A stretch of 59,569 nucleotides of DNA from a virus (lineage: Duplodnaviria > Caudoviricetes), in IMG/VR virus record IMGVR_UViG_3300047560_000779, positions 1 to 59,569 of that record. One strand, 5' to 3'. The notes beneath the pieces were generated by a model. That model saw nothing but the letters and a program-made list of their open reading frames with translations. It was not told where the DNA came from and made no database searches. Of this stretch, positions 8,885 through 17,704 are shown one piece after another. The stretch's first letter is position 1. Each line of letters begins with the position of its first letter. A program made the position numbers and the translations under genes.

Positions 8885-9128
8885 GTGGGCTGACAGAGGG
8901 ATGCAACAGTATCTTCATCTCGTAGACCCTAATAAAGTGTGGAACTACCAACTAGCCAAGGTGTATTACCAAGGCGGGGAGATATGTAGCAGCACGAAGG
9001 CGCTGCCTGATTACGTTAACGCAAGCACAGTGGCAGAGCTAATACAAGAGCGCAAGCAATACCTCGAACAGAAAGTTGTTCAGTACGTTACCCGACGACT
9101 GGACGAAGCCAACACAGGAGAAATTTAA
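8847..9128 (+). CDS. Small early protein, divergent family A
   Basis: LRYEW...QERKQYLEQKVVQYVTRRLDEA; TTG start after GGAGG. Confidence 0.65.
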   Translation: MKSNEDSIQLRYEWADRGMQQYLHLVDPNKVWNYQLAKVYYQGGEICSSTKALPDYVNASTVAELIQERKQYLEQKVVQYVTRRLDEANTGEI

Positions 9129-10042
9129 TGGGCGCACCACTTACTTACAAATACACAGAAGCAATCTTCGCCACACGGCGCAAGAACAGAGACTTCAAGG
9201 CATACAAGACAGACACGCATCTCACCAAAGCAGATGACGGCACATTCACGTTCACGTACATGCAATTCAACTGGGAGCTGGACAAGAAGACCAACATGCA
9301 CAAGCGTAGTGATGCACGCGACGCGGTTCCATTGGTCAGCATTACACCGGATGACGTGGTAACTCTACTTGCACCTGAGACAAAGGCTTGGCCTAGTGTG
9401 CACCACATGACTATTCGCAATCGACTGCATGACATCACCGGCTTCGACATCTACTCAGATACTGGCCACCATCACAACAAAGAAACACCCATTCGCGTCA
9501 CGCATCGTTACTATGGACAGCATGGGTGGCAGAAGCCAGCATGGTGCGCAAACACCAACGACAAAACCATTCCATACAAAATGGGCACACAGTTCCGCAC
9601 CATTGATAGCAAATCAGGCCTCACCGAGTGCCTCAACACCCCTAAGGACATTAAGAGCGTCGTGAAGAATGAAGCAATCCAATCAGCCAAAGCTGACACA
9701 GTAATCATCCGCAAGCTGGCAATGGTTATGTTGCGTGTTGGCTTTGAAGAACACGTCGAGAAGAAGCTCAGCAGCTATTGGTATGCACCCCAGCAAATCA
9801 AGCTCATCAAAGACATTGACTACAAGAACCCAACGGGTGACGACGCAATGGCTGTGCTCGCTCATGGACTGCATATGGCGTCTCGTCCCGACACTCATGT
9901 ATGGAAGGATGGCAAGTACACCGAGCGCTCAAGGGAAGAACGTATCAGCCTGCTGCGTTCACGTACTCTTGAGAACGGTATGAAGGCACTGCGCCAGCAC
10001 ATCTATGCAACAACCAACGGTTATGAAAAGGTAGAGGTCTAA
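9128..10042 (+). CDS. Hypothetical protein, 304 aa
   Basis: Long ORF with AGGAG RBS; no family recognised. Confidence 0.8.
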   Translation: MGAPLTYKYTEAIFATRRKNRDFKAYKTDTHLTKADDGTFTFTYMQFNWELDKKTNMHKRSDARDAVPLVSITPDDVVTLLAPETKAWPSVHHMTIRNRLHDITGFDIYSDTGHHHNKETPIRVTHRYYGQHGWQKPAWCANTNDKTIPYKMGTQFRTIDSKSGLTECLNTPKDIKSVVKNEAIQSAKADTVIIRKLAMVMLRVGFEEHVEKKLSSYWYAPQQIKLIKDIDYKNPTGDDAMAVLAHGLHMASRPDTHVWKDGKYTERSREERISLLRSRTLENGMKALRQHIYATTNGYEKVEV

Positions 10043-10109
10043 TGAAAAAATAATCTATAGAACATACACACGTTTGATATATCATCAACTCACTTACTGA
10101 AAGAACACC

Positions 10110-10763
10110 ATGGCTTACGTAGCAATCTCCAATAACTTAATCGAATCCACGCAGTCCAACATCAACAAGATGCGTGACAAAGAGAAGGCCGCAGTCACTG
10201 CGCCTCCCGAGCGAATCAATGTGTCCAACAAGGACGCCAACCTCGAGCTCCTTATCTGGGGCAACCACTTGCACCTGCGTGACCAGATGCCTAACGAGTG
10301 GAAGAAGACATACAACCGCATCAATGCTCGCATCCAGTACGAGTGGGCACCTGAGAAGACATCCAGCTTCGAGTTCATCTTCGAGTCCGTTGACCCCATC
10401 GAAGTACCACAGTGCAATGAGAACAGCTACTACGGGCACAACATCAACGTACCTGAAGATAGCCACCTGCTGCCTAAGGCAGCTAAGGACGCGATAGAAC
10501 ACCAGAAGTTCTGCCGTCAGACTGACGCCAAGTGGAGTGGCATTAAGCAGCAAGTATCAGATTTCCTACGTGCAGCTAAGTCCTTGAACGAGGCACTCAA
10601 GCTGTGGCCAGCTCTGTCTTTGTATATCGACGATGACTATATTGACCGAGTTAACAACAACCCCAAGCGCGAGAAGACGGCATCGAAGGCCGAGGAAATC
10701 ATGGCGTCTATCTCAATCGACCAACTGACAGCAGCCGCTGTCGCATCTAAGCTAACTGTATGA
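10110..10763 (+). CDS. Nmad5-like (nucleotide modification associated domain 5) protein
   Basis: C-terminal LRAAKSLNEALKLWP resembles the Nmad5 signature. Confidence 0.55.
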   Translation: MAYVAISNNLIESTQSNINKMRDKEKAAVTAPPERINVSNKDANLELLIWGNHLHLRDQMPNEWKKTYNRINARIQYEWAPEKTSSFEFIFESVDPIEVPQCNENSYYGHNINVPEDSHLLPKAAKDAIEHQKFCRQTDAKWSGIKQQVSDFLRAAKSLNEALKLWPALSLYIDDDYIDRVNNNPKREKTASKAEEIMASISIDQLTAAAVASKLTV

Positions 10764-10773
10764 AAGACGACGA

Positions 10774-11010
10774 ATGTCAATACTCACACTCGAAGAACGT
10801 GCGAAACGAATCTTCGCCTCCTACAACGTCAGCCCCGAAGTCCGTGACCGTTACGAAAGGGATTGGACCCGTAGTGTTAAAGCCCTCGGTGACAAGTGGT
10901 TCTTTGCCAAACACATCGAACGACTCACAGCCGAGCAACAAGGACTTAGAGCTGCGGATGGCACGTATGGAGTCGCGCCTCGTACAACTGATGATTCACT
11001 TCGGACTTGA
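10774..11010 (+). CDS. Hypothetical phage protein, overlapped by alternative-frame ORF 10760..11035
   Basis: Protein-like helical sequence RDWTRSVKALGDKWFFAK. Confidence 0.55.
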   Translation: MSILTLEERAKRIFASYNVSPEVRDRYERDWTRSVKALGDKWFFAKHIERLTAEQQGLRAADGTYGVAPRTTDDSLRT

Positions 11011-11027
11011 CCCACAAGAGAAAAGAT

Positions 11028-11417
11028 ATGGCTGAATACTACCAACACATGAACCAATGCGACGCCACTGGATGTAAGTTTGACGAGGCCGATGTGTGCC
11101 CTGTCGTGCGTAACATCCGATTGGCAACAGGCATAAACGTAGAGCTTGCAGGTACAGCGTACCCATCCAAGTCACCTATCACGCAGCCAAGTCTGCGGCA
11201 AGTCGGCGGCGATCACTACAAGAGACTCGCGGTGCAACCGTGGGACGTGGTGGACACATGGCCTATCGACCAACAAATCGGCTACTACCGTGGCGGTGCT
11301 TTGAAATATCTAATGCGTATGGGGAGCAAAGATGAATCTATTCAAGAAATTGCAAAAGGGCTTCACTACTTGGAGAAGCTCATCGAGTGCCTCAAGCGCC
11401 AAAGAGAAGAAGCATGA
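11028..11417 (+). CDS. DUF3310 (SaV / T7 gp1.7-related) domain protein
   Basis: QVGGDHYK...QPWD...GYYRGGALKYLMRMGSK...EIAKGLHYLEKLIE. Confidence 0.85.
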   Translation: MAEYYQHMNQCDATGCKFDEADVCPVVRNIRLATGINVELAGTAYPSKSPITQPSLRQVGGDHYKRLAVQPWDVVDTWPIDQQIGYYRGGALKYLMRMGSKDESIQEIAKGLHYLEKLIECLKRQREEA

Positions 11418-11784
11418 TGACTATACGGACGCGATGGCGTATCTTAAGGAACGTGTCGCCCAAGAGGAATACAACAAGGCTCTTATGGAAAGGCACCCAC
11501 TAATGAACTCAGCAGCAAACATGGCAGGGCAGTCGTCAATATTGACAACGAACACAGGCGCTTCGATTGGTAGCGGAACATGGGCCCACCCCAATGCACC
11601 GTTACAGTTTGCCCCAAAAGGAGAAGGGTATGTAATCCCACAGCACCACTCTCAGTTTCATGTCGAGAAAGTCGACAACGGATTCATCATCCGCAGCGGC
11701 AAGTATTCAAAAATCTGCAAGGACATGACTGAGTTATCTGAGCAGTTCGTGGCCATCATGGTTGAAGCGCAACTGGACAAGTAA
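11332..11784 (+). CDS. Hypothetical protein, start uncertain and probably downstream
   Basis: C-terminal VEKVDNGFII...EQFVAIMVEAQLDK, related to the C-terminus of 12723..13016. Confidence 0.65.
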   Translation: MNLFKKLQKGFTTWRSSSSASSAKEKKHDDYTDAMAYLKERVAQEEYNKALMERHPLMNSAANMAGQSSILTTNTGASIGSGTWAHPNAPLQFAPKGEGYVIPQHHSQFHVEKVDNGFIIRSGKYSKICKDMTELSEQFVAIMVEAQLDK

Positions 11785-11786
11785 CC

Positions 11787-12395
11787 ATGCCTAGCCTACA
11801 AACTGAAATCTTCACAAAGGTATTACCCAAAATGCAATCACTTACTAACCTCACCTTCGACGACCCTGAACAACCAGAGGTGCCAGCTACACCAGCTAAG
11901 TTAACCAACAACGAGCTTATCTTTGAGTGGATCAAAGCAAATCCTGCCAAGTACGCCAAAGACATCTGCACTGCGTTTGCTGATGAGATCAACTATGACT
12001 CTGTGCAATCACAAGTACACGCATTGGCAGCTCGTGGCATCCTCCACAAAGTGGTGTGCAGTTCAACAGGCAAGCTGATGTATTCAGCAGCAGTGGACAC
12101 GTACCCACGTAGTCCTCGTATGCAAGCCATAGCCAAGATGAACGAAGCACGGGAGAAGCTAGGCAAAGAAGAAATGGCTCGGCGTATCAGTGAAGGCCAC
12201 AAGGCCAGCAAGCATGCTGAGGCAGAGAAGCAACTCGAACCAGTTAAGCGTAAGGTCGTGCTGATTAAGCGACGAGTCAATCCACCAACAGACGTTGCTC
12301 CCGCAGTACAGGTCACACCAGTGGACTTGAACAAACTCTCAATCGTGCAAGCTCGCAAGTTGTACGACGAACTGAAACAAATCTTTGGGGCTTAA
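11787..12395 (+). CDS. Putative winged-helix DNA-binding protein
   Basis: IFEWIKANP...KDI...SVQSQVHALAARGIL wHTH-like pattern. Confidence 0.55.
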   Translation: MPSLQTEIFTKVLPKMQSLTNLTFDDPEQPEVPATPAKLTNNELIFEWIKANPAKYAKDICTAFADEINYDSVQSQVHALAARGILHKVVCSSTGKLMYSAAVDTYPRSPRMQAIAKMNEAREKLGKEEMARRISEGHKASKHAEAEKQLEPVKRKVVLIKRRVNPPTDVAPAVQVTPVDLNKLSIVQARKLYDELKQIFGA

Positions 12396-12396
12396 T

Positions 12397-12726
12397 ATGC
12401 ACAGCTACACAACACAACCAATCATCACAGAGAAGATGTACGACAGCAGTGGTACAGCGCATACCATCGTCAACCCAAATCGGCTAGAGACTTTTAAGGC
12501 AACGCTTGAGTCACATATCTCGATGCTGACCATGGAAGTGCAGACCTTGCAAGCCCATGCCAATTGGATTGAGCCCCGCCTCAACGATTTCCACAAGTTC
12601 ATGGAGTGGATGCAACGCGTTCATCCTGATGTCATCACTGCGTACACCGAGGCGACCAAAGTTGAGAAAGTGTTGGACAAAGCTAATGACATCGGCGAAC
12701 AAGTCTATGCGGAGACGTCAGCATGA
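12397..12726 (+). CDS. Hypothetical protein
   Basis: Helical ORF within the operon. Confidence 0.65.
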   Translation: MHSYTTQPIITEKMYDSSGTAHTIVNPNRLETFKATLESHISMLTMEVQTLQAHANWIEPRLNDFHKFMEWMQRVHPDVITAYTEATKVEKVLDKANDIGEQVYAETSA

Positions 12727-13016
12727 GATGGCTCAAAAGAAAACTACGCAACTGGCTGCGTGACGACGAAATTTGCATCTCTGAGACTCAGCCATACGCT
12801 GCGCCTCATCACAACATGGGCGAGACACAAACGTCTGTGCAGATATTTAAAGCCATGAACGGAACAATACTTGTGCTGCATAGCCAGAACACACTAGGTA
12901 AAAACTTAGTTGGTGGCCGTCAGGCTGGCCCGACCATGTACGTCCTCAAGGATGGCGAGAGTGTCCAAGATGCTGTTGCCACGTTGTTAGTCAAAGCAAG
13001 ATTGGATTCAATGTGA
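12723..13016 (+). CDS. Hypothetical protein
   Basis: MRWLKRKLRNWL...KAMNGTIL...VATLLVKARLD. Confidence 0.7.
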   Translation: MRWLKRKLRNWLRDDEICISETQPYAAPHHNMGETQTSVQIFKAMNGTILVLHSQNTLGKNLVGGRQAGPTMYVLKDGESVQDAVATLLVKARLDSM

Positions 13017-13183
13017 CTTACCATTCCCTCTACAACATCTTGTGCGTCTGTGCCGCTGGCGCGTTCTTAATGGGCGCGTTCTCGATGGTGTTCTTCACCA
13101 TTGGTTATGCTATGTGCTTCTTTCTCATGGCTATCTTCCTCCAGCTCCAAGCTATGGTGGCGCGTAATGCGAAAGAGGAGTAA
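13013..13183 (+). CDS. Small two-helix membrane protein, 56 aa
   Basis: Translated by hand; GTGA-coupled; strongly hydrophobic. Confidence 0.55.
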   Translation: MTYHSLYNILCVCAAGAFLMGAFSMVFFTIGYAMCFFLMAIFLQLQAMVARNAKEE

Positions 13184-13682
13184 GTACAAGCCTAAAGGCG
13201 TACGCCTTGACACAATGACATGGGTGTTGAGTGGTATGAAGCCATTCACATCTGTGTCGTTAGCTGTGGACATCCGCATCAAGAACCATGTGGCTATTGA
13301 CCAACTCCGCAAGGGCGAGGCCAACAAGGAAGACATCGACATCATCATTGGCGCGTTCAATATGATGGAGGGCTTCGGTCGCATGGGTATTGGCAATGAT
13401 TGGGCTGAAGAAATTCGTCTGGGGCAGGATGCTCTGCTTGCCATAGCAAGACGTGGTGTTCGTATGAACATGCGTTTCGTGGCCACCGGCCCTGAGCTCA
13501 CAGCAATTAACTTAGCAATGGAAATTCATGATGCCCAACTCGACGTATGCACCGTCAGACAACTCGAGCAAGCGCTCGACATCGTCAAAGAAGACGTCAT
13601 CTATAAAAGAGCAAGAGCAATCAACGCCGAAGACGACTCTAGTACCGGGCGCACCTTGGCCGAGCTTGGAACCAGCAAATGA
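13167..13682 (+). CDS. Hypothetical phage protein
   Basis: MRKRSKYKPK...; helical; start chosen at ATG 13167. Confidence 0.75.
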   Translation: MRKRSKYKPKGVRLDTMTWVLSGMKPFTSVSLAVDIRIKNHVAIDQLRKGEANKEDIDIIIGAFNMMEGFGRMGIGNDWAEEIRLGQDALLAIARRGVRMNMRFVATGPELTAINLAMEIHDAQLDVCTVRQLEQALDIVKEDVIYKRARAINAEDDSSTGRTLAELGTSK

Positions 13683-13851
13683 CAAACCGCGCATCAAAAC
13701 CAAAAGACCCAAACCCCGACCCGTATTGGCCCTTCCCGGCAACGTGCTTGACTTCTTTGCAGAGACTCGTGAACAAATTGCCACGGGAAAAGCGCGGGGC
13801 AAAATCAAAAGCCCTGTCAACAACTTTATCAAACGTACCTGAAGCACTACT

Positions 13852-14049
13852 ATGAGACAAGCACACCGCACTACAAAAGAAATGTGGGCGATCGAGATCA
13901 GAGACAGTGCCTTCCACAAGGCAGCATGGAGCACAGTGGGCTACTCACTGTATGAATACAAGAGCGAGGCGCAGGCAGACATCGACAGCTTTAAGATTGA
14001 TGGCCGTCCGATCAAAGTACGCATCACCATCCAACGAGCAACAGCATGA
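13852..14049 (+). CDS. Hypothetical protein
   Basis: ATGA-coupled to the next gene. Confidence 0.6.
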   Translation: MRQAHRTTKEMWAIEIRDSAFHKAAWSTVGYSLYEYKSEAQADIDSFKIDGRPIKVRITIQRATA

Positions 14050-14390
14050 GAAAAGAAATCGGGTTGTCCACGCCATACAGAAAGATGACCGCGTCTGACA
14101 TTGGTAGTAAAGACTGGTGGATGGTTGTGCAGACTATGCCACCTGAGGAAGCTCTGACACAACTAACTGACTACCGAGCCTCCCTGCTGACCTACAACGC
14201 TGGGCATCCGCAGTACATAGCTGCTGGCGCTCAAATCGCTAAGATCAACGTGGAGATAAAACGCCTCAACAGAATCATTGACGACTCACGTTGGTACAAG
14301 GCATGCAAGAACGTGCTCGATCAAGAAATGTTTGATGCTGTGCTGATAGAGAAGCGTATGCTAGAAGACGCATCAAGGAAAAACAAATGA
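14046..14390 (+). CDS. Hypothetical protein
   Basis: ATGA-coupled to the polymerase gene. Confidence 0.7.
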   Translation: MRKEIGLSTPYRKMTASDIGSKDWWMVVQTMPPEEALTQLTDYRASLLTYNAGHPQYIAAGAQIAKINVEIKRLNRIIDDSRWYKACKNVLDQEMFDAVLIEKRMLEDASRKNK

Positions 14391-16279
14391 CCCAACTCAT
14401 CACCCTCGACTTTGAGACGTACTACAGTAAGGACTATGGACTCAAAAAATACACCACCGAACACTACATCCGTGACGAGCAATTCCAAGTCATCGGATTC
14501 GCCTACAAAGTTGACGACGGAGAAACCCACTGGGTCACGGGGTCTGACCGGCAGATTACCGAAGCGCTTCACGAACTCGGAATTCCTAATGCCTACCTCA
14601 TTTGCCACAACATGGCGTTCGATGGAGCAATCCTTGCATGGCGCTACGGCATCCGCCCCAAGTACTATCTCGATACCCTATCAATGGCCCGCCCGGTTAC
14701 GGGCCTCACGGTTGGTGGCTCACTAGCCGCACTCGCTAAGAAGTACCTGCTGGACGAGAAGGGTACCGAAGTTGTCAATGCACTCGGCCTGCGCCGCGAA
14801 GACTTCAGCCCTGAGCAGATGGCTCGCTATGGTGAGTACTGCAAGCACGACGTTGACCTGACGTATGGGCTGTACCACATCTTCAAACAGTGGAACCCAC
14901 CAAAGGAACTCTACATCCAAGACCTGATGCTCCGCATGTTTACTGACCCAGTGCTAGTGCTGGACAAGAACGTGCTGGTTGATCATCTGTTCAACGTGCA
15001 AGACAAGAAGGCCAAACTGATGGAGCGCATTGACGCTACTGTTGGTCGTGATGCCCTGATGTCTAACCCGAAGTTTGCTGTCGTGTTGCAGAAGCTCGGG
15101 GTTGAGCCGCCCATGAAGATTAGTCTTCGTACAAACAAGGAGACATATGCGTTTGGCAAAACAGATCAAGAGTTCAAGGCTCTCGCCGACCATCATGATC
15201 CAAGGGTGCAGGCCGTCGTTGCTGCGCGTCTCGGCGTTAAGTCTACGCTTGAGGAAACAAGAACCGAGTCGTTCATTGGCATTGCCGAGCGTGGCGGCTT
15301 ACCAATCCTGCTTAACTATTGGGGAGCGCATACTGGTCGAGCGTCTGGCGGCGACAAGATGAACCTTCAGAACCTGCCGCGAGGCGGGGCACTGCGCCGA
15401 TCAATTACTGTGCCAGAGAATCACTCATTGGTAGCAGTTGACTCAGCACAGATCGAAGCCCGTGTCGTTGCATGGTGGGCTGGCCAAGATGACTTGGTCG
15501 AAGACTTCCGCAACAACGTGGACATCTATTCATCGTTTGCATCCGTGGTGTATGGCAGACCAGTTGACCGCAAAGCCAAGGCGATTGACGAGAACGGCAA
15601 AGAGTACAACCCAGACAAGATCGAAGGCTTCGTTGGCAAGACCTGTATCTTGGGCCTAGGCTACGGCATGGGGCCTGACAAGTTCAAGGCAACACTGAAG
15701 ATCGGAATGGGCGGTATCTCCGTGGACATGCCCATCGAGGACGCACAGAACACAGTCAAGCTGTACCGCGCCAAGTACGACAAGATTGCTCAGATATGGA
15801 AGGACGCACAGAACGCACTGGCTACCATGGCTCGTGGTCACGAGTGTGAACTAGGTGTTGGCATCGCACTGCGCTGTACCCCTGAGGGTGTGCACCTGCC
15901 TAACGGCACGATGATTCGTTATCCCAACCTGCGCAAGAACGCAGACGGCTACGAGTACGACGGACGCTACGGCCCTGTTAAAATCTACGGCGGCAAGATG
16001 GTGGAGAACATCGTGCAAGCGCTGGCTCGTATCGTTGTGTTTGACCAGATGGCCAAGATCGACATTGAGTTGCGCAAGAACGACAACCCTGATGCTGACC
16101 GCCGATACAAAGTTGCATTGACAGTGCATGATGAGGTAGTATCGGTAGTACCAACCCCAGCCTCTAAGTGGTGTCTTGAATTCATGCTCGACGTGATGAA
16201 AGTTCCACCTAAGTGGTGCTCTGACCTGCCTGTCTCCTGCGAAGGTGACATCGGGAAGAACTACGCAGACGCAAAATAA
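14387..16279 (+). CDS. polA: Family A DNA polymerase with 3'-5' exonuclease
   Basis: Exonuclease motifs TLDFET and HNMAFD; HTGRASG; NLQNLP; motif A DSAQIEAR; motif B KTCILGLGYG; motif C VHDE. Confidence 0.95.
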   Translation: MTQLITLDFETYYSKDYGLKKYTTEHYIRDEQFQVIGFAYKVDDGETHWVTGSDRQITEALHELGIPNAYLICHNMAFDGAILAWRYGIRPKYYLDTLSMARPVTGLTVGGSLAALAKKYLLDEKGTEVVNALGLRREDFSPEQMARYGEYCKHDVDLTYGLYHIFKQWNPPKELYIQDLMLRMFTDPVLVLDKNVLVDHLFNVQDKKAKLMERIDATVGRDALMSNPKFAVVLQKLGVEPPMKISLRTNKETYAFGKTDQEFKALADHHDPRVQAVVAARLGVKSTLEETRTESFIGIAERGGLPILLNYWGAHTGRASGGDKMNLQNLPRGGALRRSITVPENHSLVAVDSAQIEARVVAWWAGQDDLVEDFRNNVDIYSSFASVVYGRPVDRKAKAIDENGKEYNPDKIEGFVGKTCILGLGYGMGPDKFKATLKIGMGGISVDMPIEDAQNTVKLYRAKYDKIAQIWKDAQNALATMARGHECELGVGIALRCTPEGVHLPNGTMIRYPNLRKNADGYEYDGRYGPVKIYGGKMVENIVQALARIVVFDQMAKIDIELRKNDNPDADRRYKVALTVHDEVVSVVPTPASKWCLEFMLDVMKVPPKWCSDLPVSCEGDIGKNYADAK

Positions 16280-16280
16280 T

Positions 16281-16934
16281 ATGACTATCCCCGCTTGGAC
16301 ATATAGCCAGCTCGACAAGTTCGAGACTTGCCCCCGACAGTTCTACCACGTTCGCGTGTTGAAGGACATCAAAGAACCTCCTACCGAGGCAACGATGTGG
16401 GGCGAGAAAGTCCACAGTGCGATGGAGTACCGCATCAAAGACGGCACACCGCTACCCGAGGGCATGACACAGTGGGAAGGTATCGCGGCTAAGTTCGCGG
16501 CTCTCCCCGGTGAGAAACTCTGCGAAGAACAGATGGCTGTGGACAAGAACTTTCAACCTGCTGAGTGGGGTAACGCATGGTCACGCGGTATCGCTGACTT
16601 GCTGGTCATCCATGGTGACAGAGCTGGCGTGTTCGACTACAAGACTGGTAAGCGCAAAGTAACTGAGCAGCTCGAGTTGTATGTTGGATACACGTTTGCT
16701 ATCTACCCACAGGTTAACTATGTAACGACTGGCTTCGTGTGGCTGCGGGACAAGAAGATTGACAAGGCCACCTATCATCGTGACCAAGTTGCTGGTATCT
16801 GGAACGGCTTCCTACCAAGGGTGCGCAAGCTAGAGAGTGCGTATGAACGCGACGCATGGCCATGCCGTCCTAGTGGCTTGTGCCGTGGCTGGTGCCCAGT
16901 TAAATCGTGTGACTTCTATAAGGACAAAAAGTAA
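16281..16934 (+). CDS. PD-(D/E)XK Cas4/RecB-like exonuclease
   Basis: YSQLDKFETCPR, RGIADL, DYKTGK, C-terminal C-x3-C-x4-C cluster. Confidence 0.88.
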   Translation: MTIPAWTYSQLDKFETCPRQFYHVRVLKDIKEPPTEATMWGEKVHSAMEYRIKDGTPLPEGMTQWEGIAAKFAALPGEKLCEEQMAVDKNFQPAEWGNAWSRGIADLLVIHGDRAGVFDYKTGKRKVTEQLELYVGYTFAIYPQVNYVTTGFVWLRDKKIDKATYHRDQVAGIWNGFLPRVRKLESAYERDAWPCRPSGLCRGWCPVKSCDFYKDKK

Positions 16935-17227
16935 TGGCTTCGACTCCTGAAGGCAAAGTCAAAGACGCAGTCAAGAAAGAACTGCGTAAGCGAGACATTT
17001 GGTACTTTATGCCTGTGTCTAATGGGATGGGGCAAGTAGGCATCCCTGATTTCATCTGCTGCTGGGAAGGAAAGTTTCTGGCAATCGAGACAAAGGCCCC
17101 CGGCAAGAGGGGTGACACCACGGCTAACCAAGACCGTGTCATCGCAGAAATCAAAGACCACTGGGGTAAGGCCATAGTGGTTGATGACGTATCTCAACTT
17201 ATTGAATTTTTGGAGTATCACAAATGA
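16934..17227 (+). CDS. VRR-NUC domain nuclease
   Basis: PEGKVK...GIPDFICC...AIETKAPG...Q. Confidence 0.88.
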   Translation: MASTPEGKVKDAVKKELRKRDIWYFMPVSNGMGQVGIPDFICCWEGKFLAIETKAPGKRGDTTANQDRVIAEIKDHWGKAIVVDDVSQLIEFLEYHK

Positions 17228-17487
17228 ACAAAGGCGGACCGAAAAAAGCAGCGTATGACAAAAGTTATAACGCACGACCAGAGCAAGTGAAGAAGCGCGA
17301 GATGCGCAACCAAGCCCGAGCTGAGCTGATGAAAGAAGGCAAGGTTAAGAAGGGTGACGGCAAGGACGTTGACCACAAGAAGATGCTGGACGGCAATGGT
17401 ACGAACGCCAAAGGCAATCTCCGTGTGGTTGACCAAACTACCAACCGAGGATGGAGAAAAACTCATGGCGCTAACTACGGTAAGTGA
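17224..17487 (+). CDS. Small HNH-like protein
   Basis: KDVDHKKML..GTN...NLRV...NR. Confidence 0.75.
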   Translation: MNKGGPKKAAYDKSYNARPEQVKKREMRNQARAELMKEGKVKKGDGKDVDHKKMLDGNGTNAKGNLRVVDQTTNRGWRKTHGANYGK

Positions 17488-17704
17488 CCCAATCAAGCAC
17501 GTCGATACCGGGCGATATACGTTCTTCGGGTACCCCCTACCCGATAACGTGGCGGCTGCGACTATGCAAGACGACCGTCTCAACAACATGCAGAAAGTCA
17601 GGTGGCGAGTTAAGGGAGACCCTGACATCCACGAGATTGACTTCCCGCATGCAACAGAAGAAAACATTCTGGCGGTGCTTGCAGCAATGAGACTCTCATG
17701 CTAA
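17465..17704 (+). CDS. Hypothetical protein
   Basis: GGAG RBS; ends ENILAVLAAMRLSC. Confidence 0.65.
   Translation: MALTTVSDPIKHVDTGRYTFFGYPLPDNVAAATMQDDRLNNMQKVRWRVKGDPDIHEIDFPHATEENILAVLAAMRLSC

Noticed and set aside
29-11184. CACCTATCACGC copies as a CRISPR or integron-like array
   Set aside because: The copies are short, irregularly spaced, partly inside genes, and there is no associated recombinase.
10110-11417. A DNA base-modification system implied by Nmad5-like and DUF3310 genes
   Set aside because: No modifying enzyme (methylase, glycosyltransferase, deazaguanine or thymidine hypermodification gene) was recognised. These two domains alone are not enough.
16281-16934. Cas4-like nuclease as part of a CRISPR system
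   Set aside because: No array or other cas genes. It sits in a standard phage replication module.
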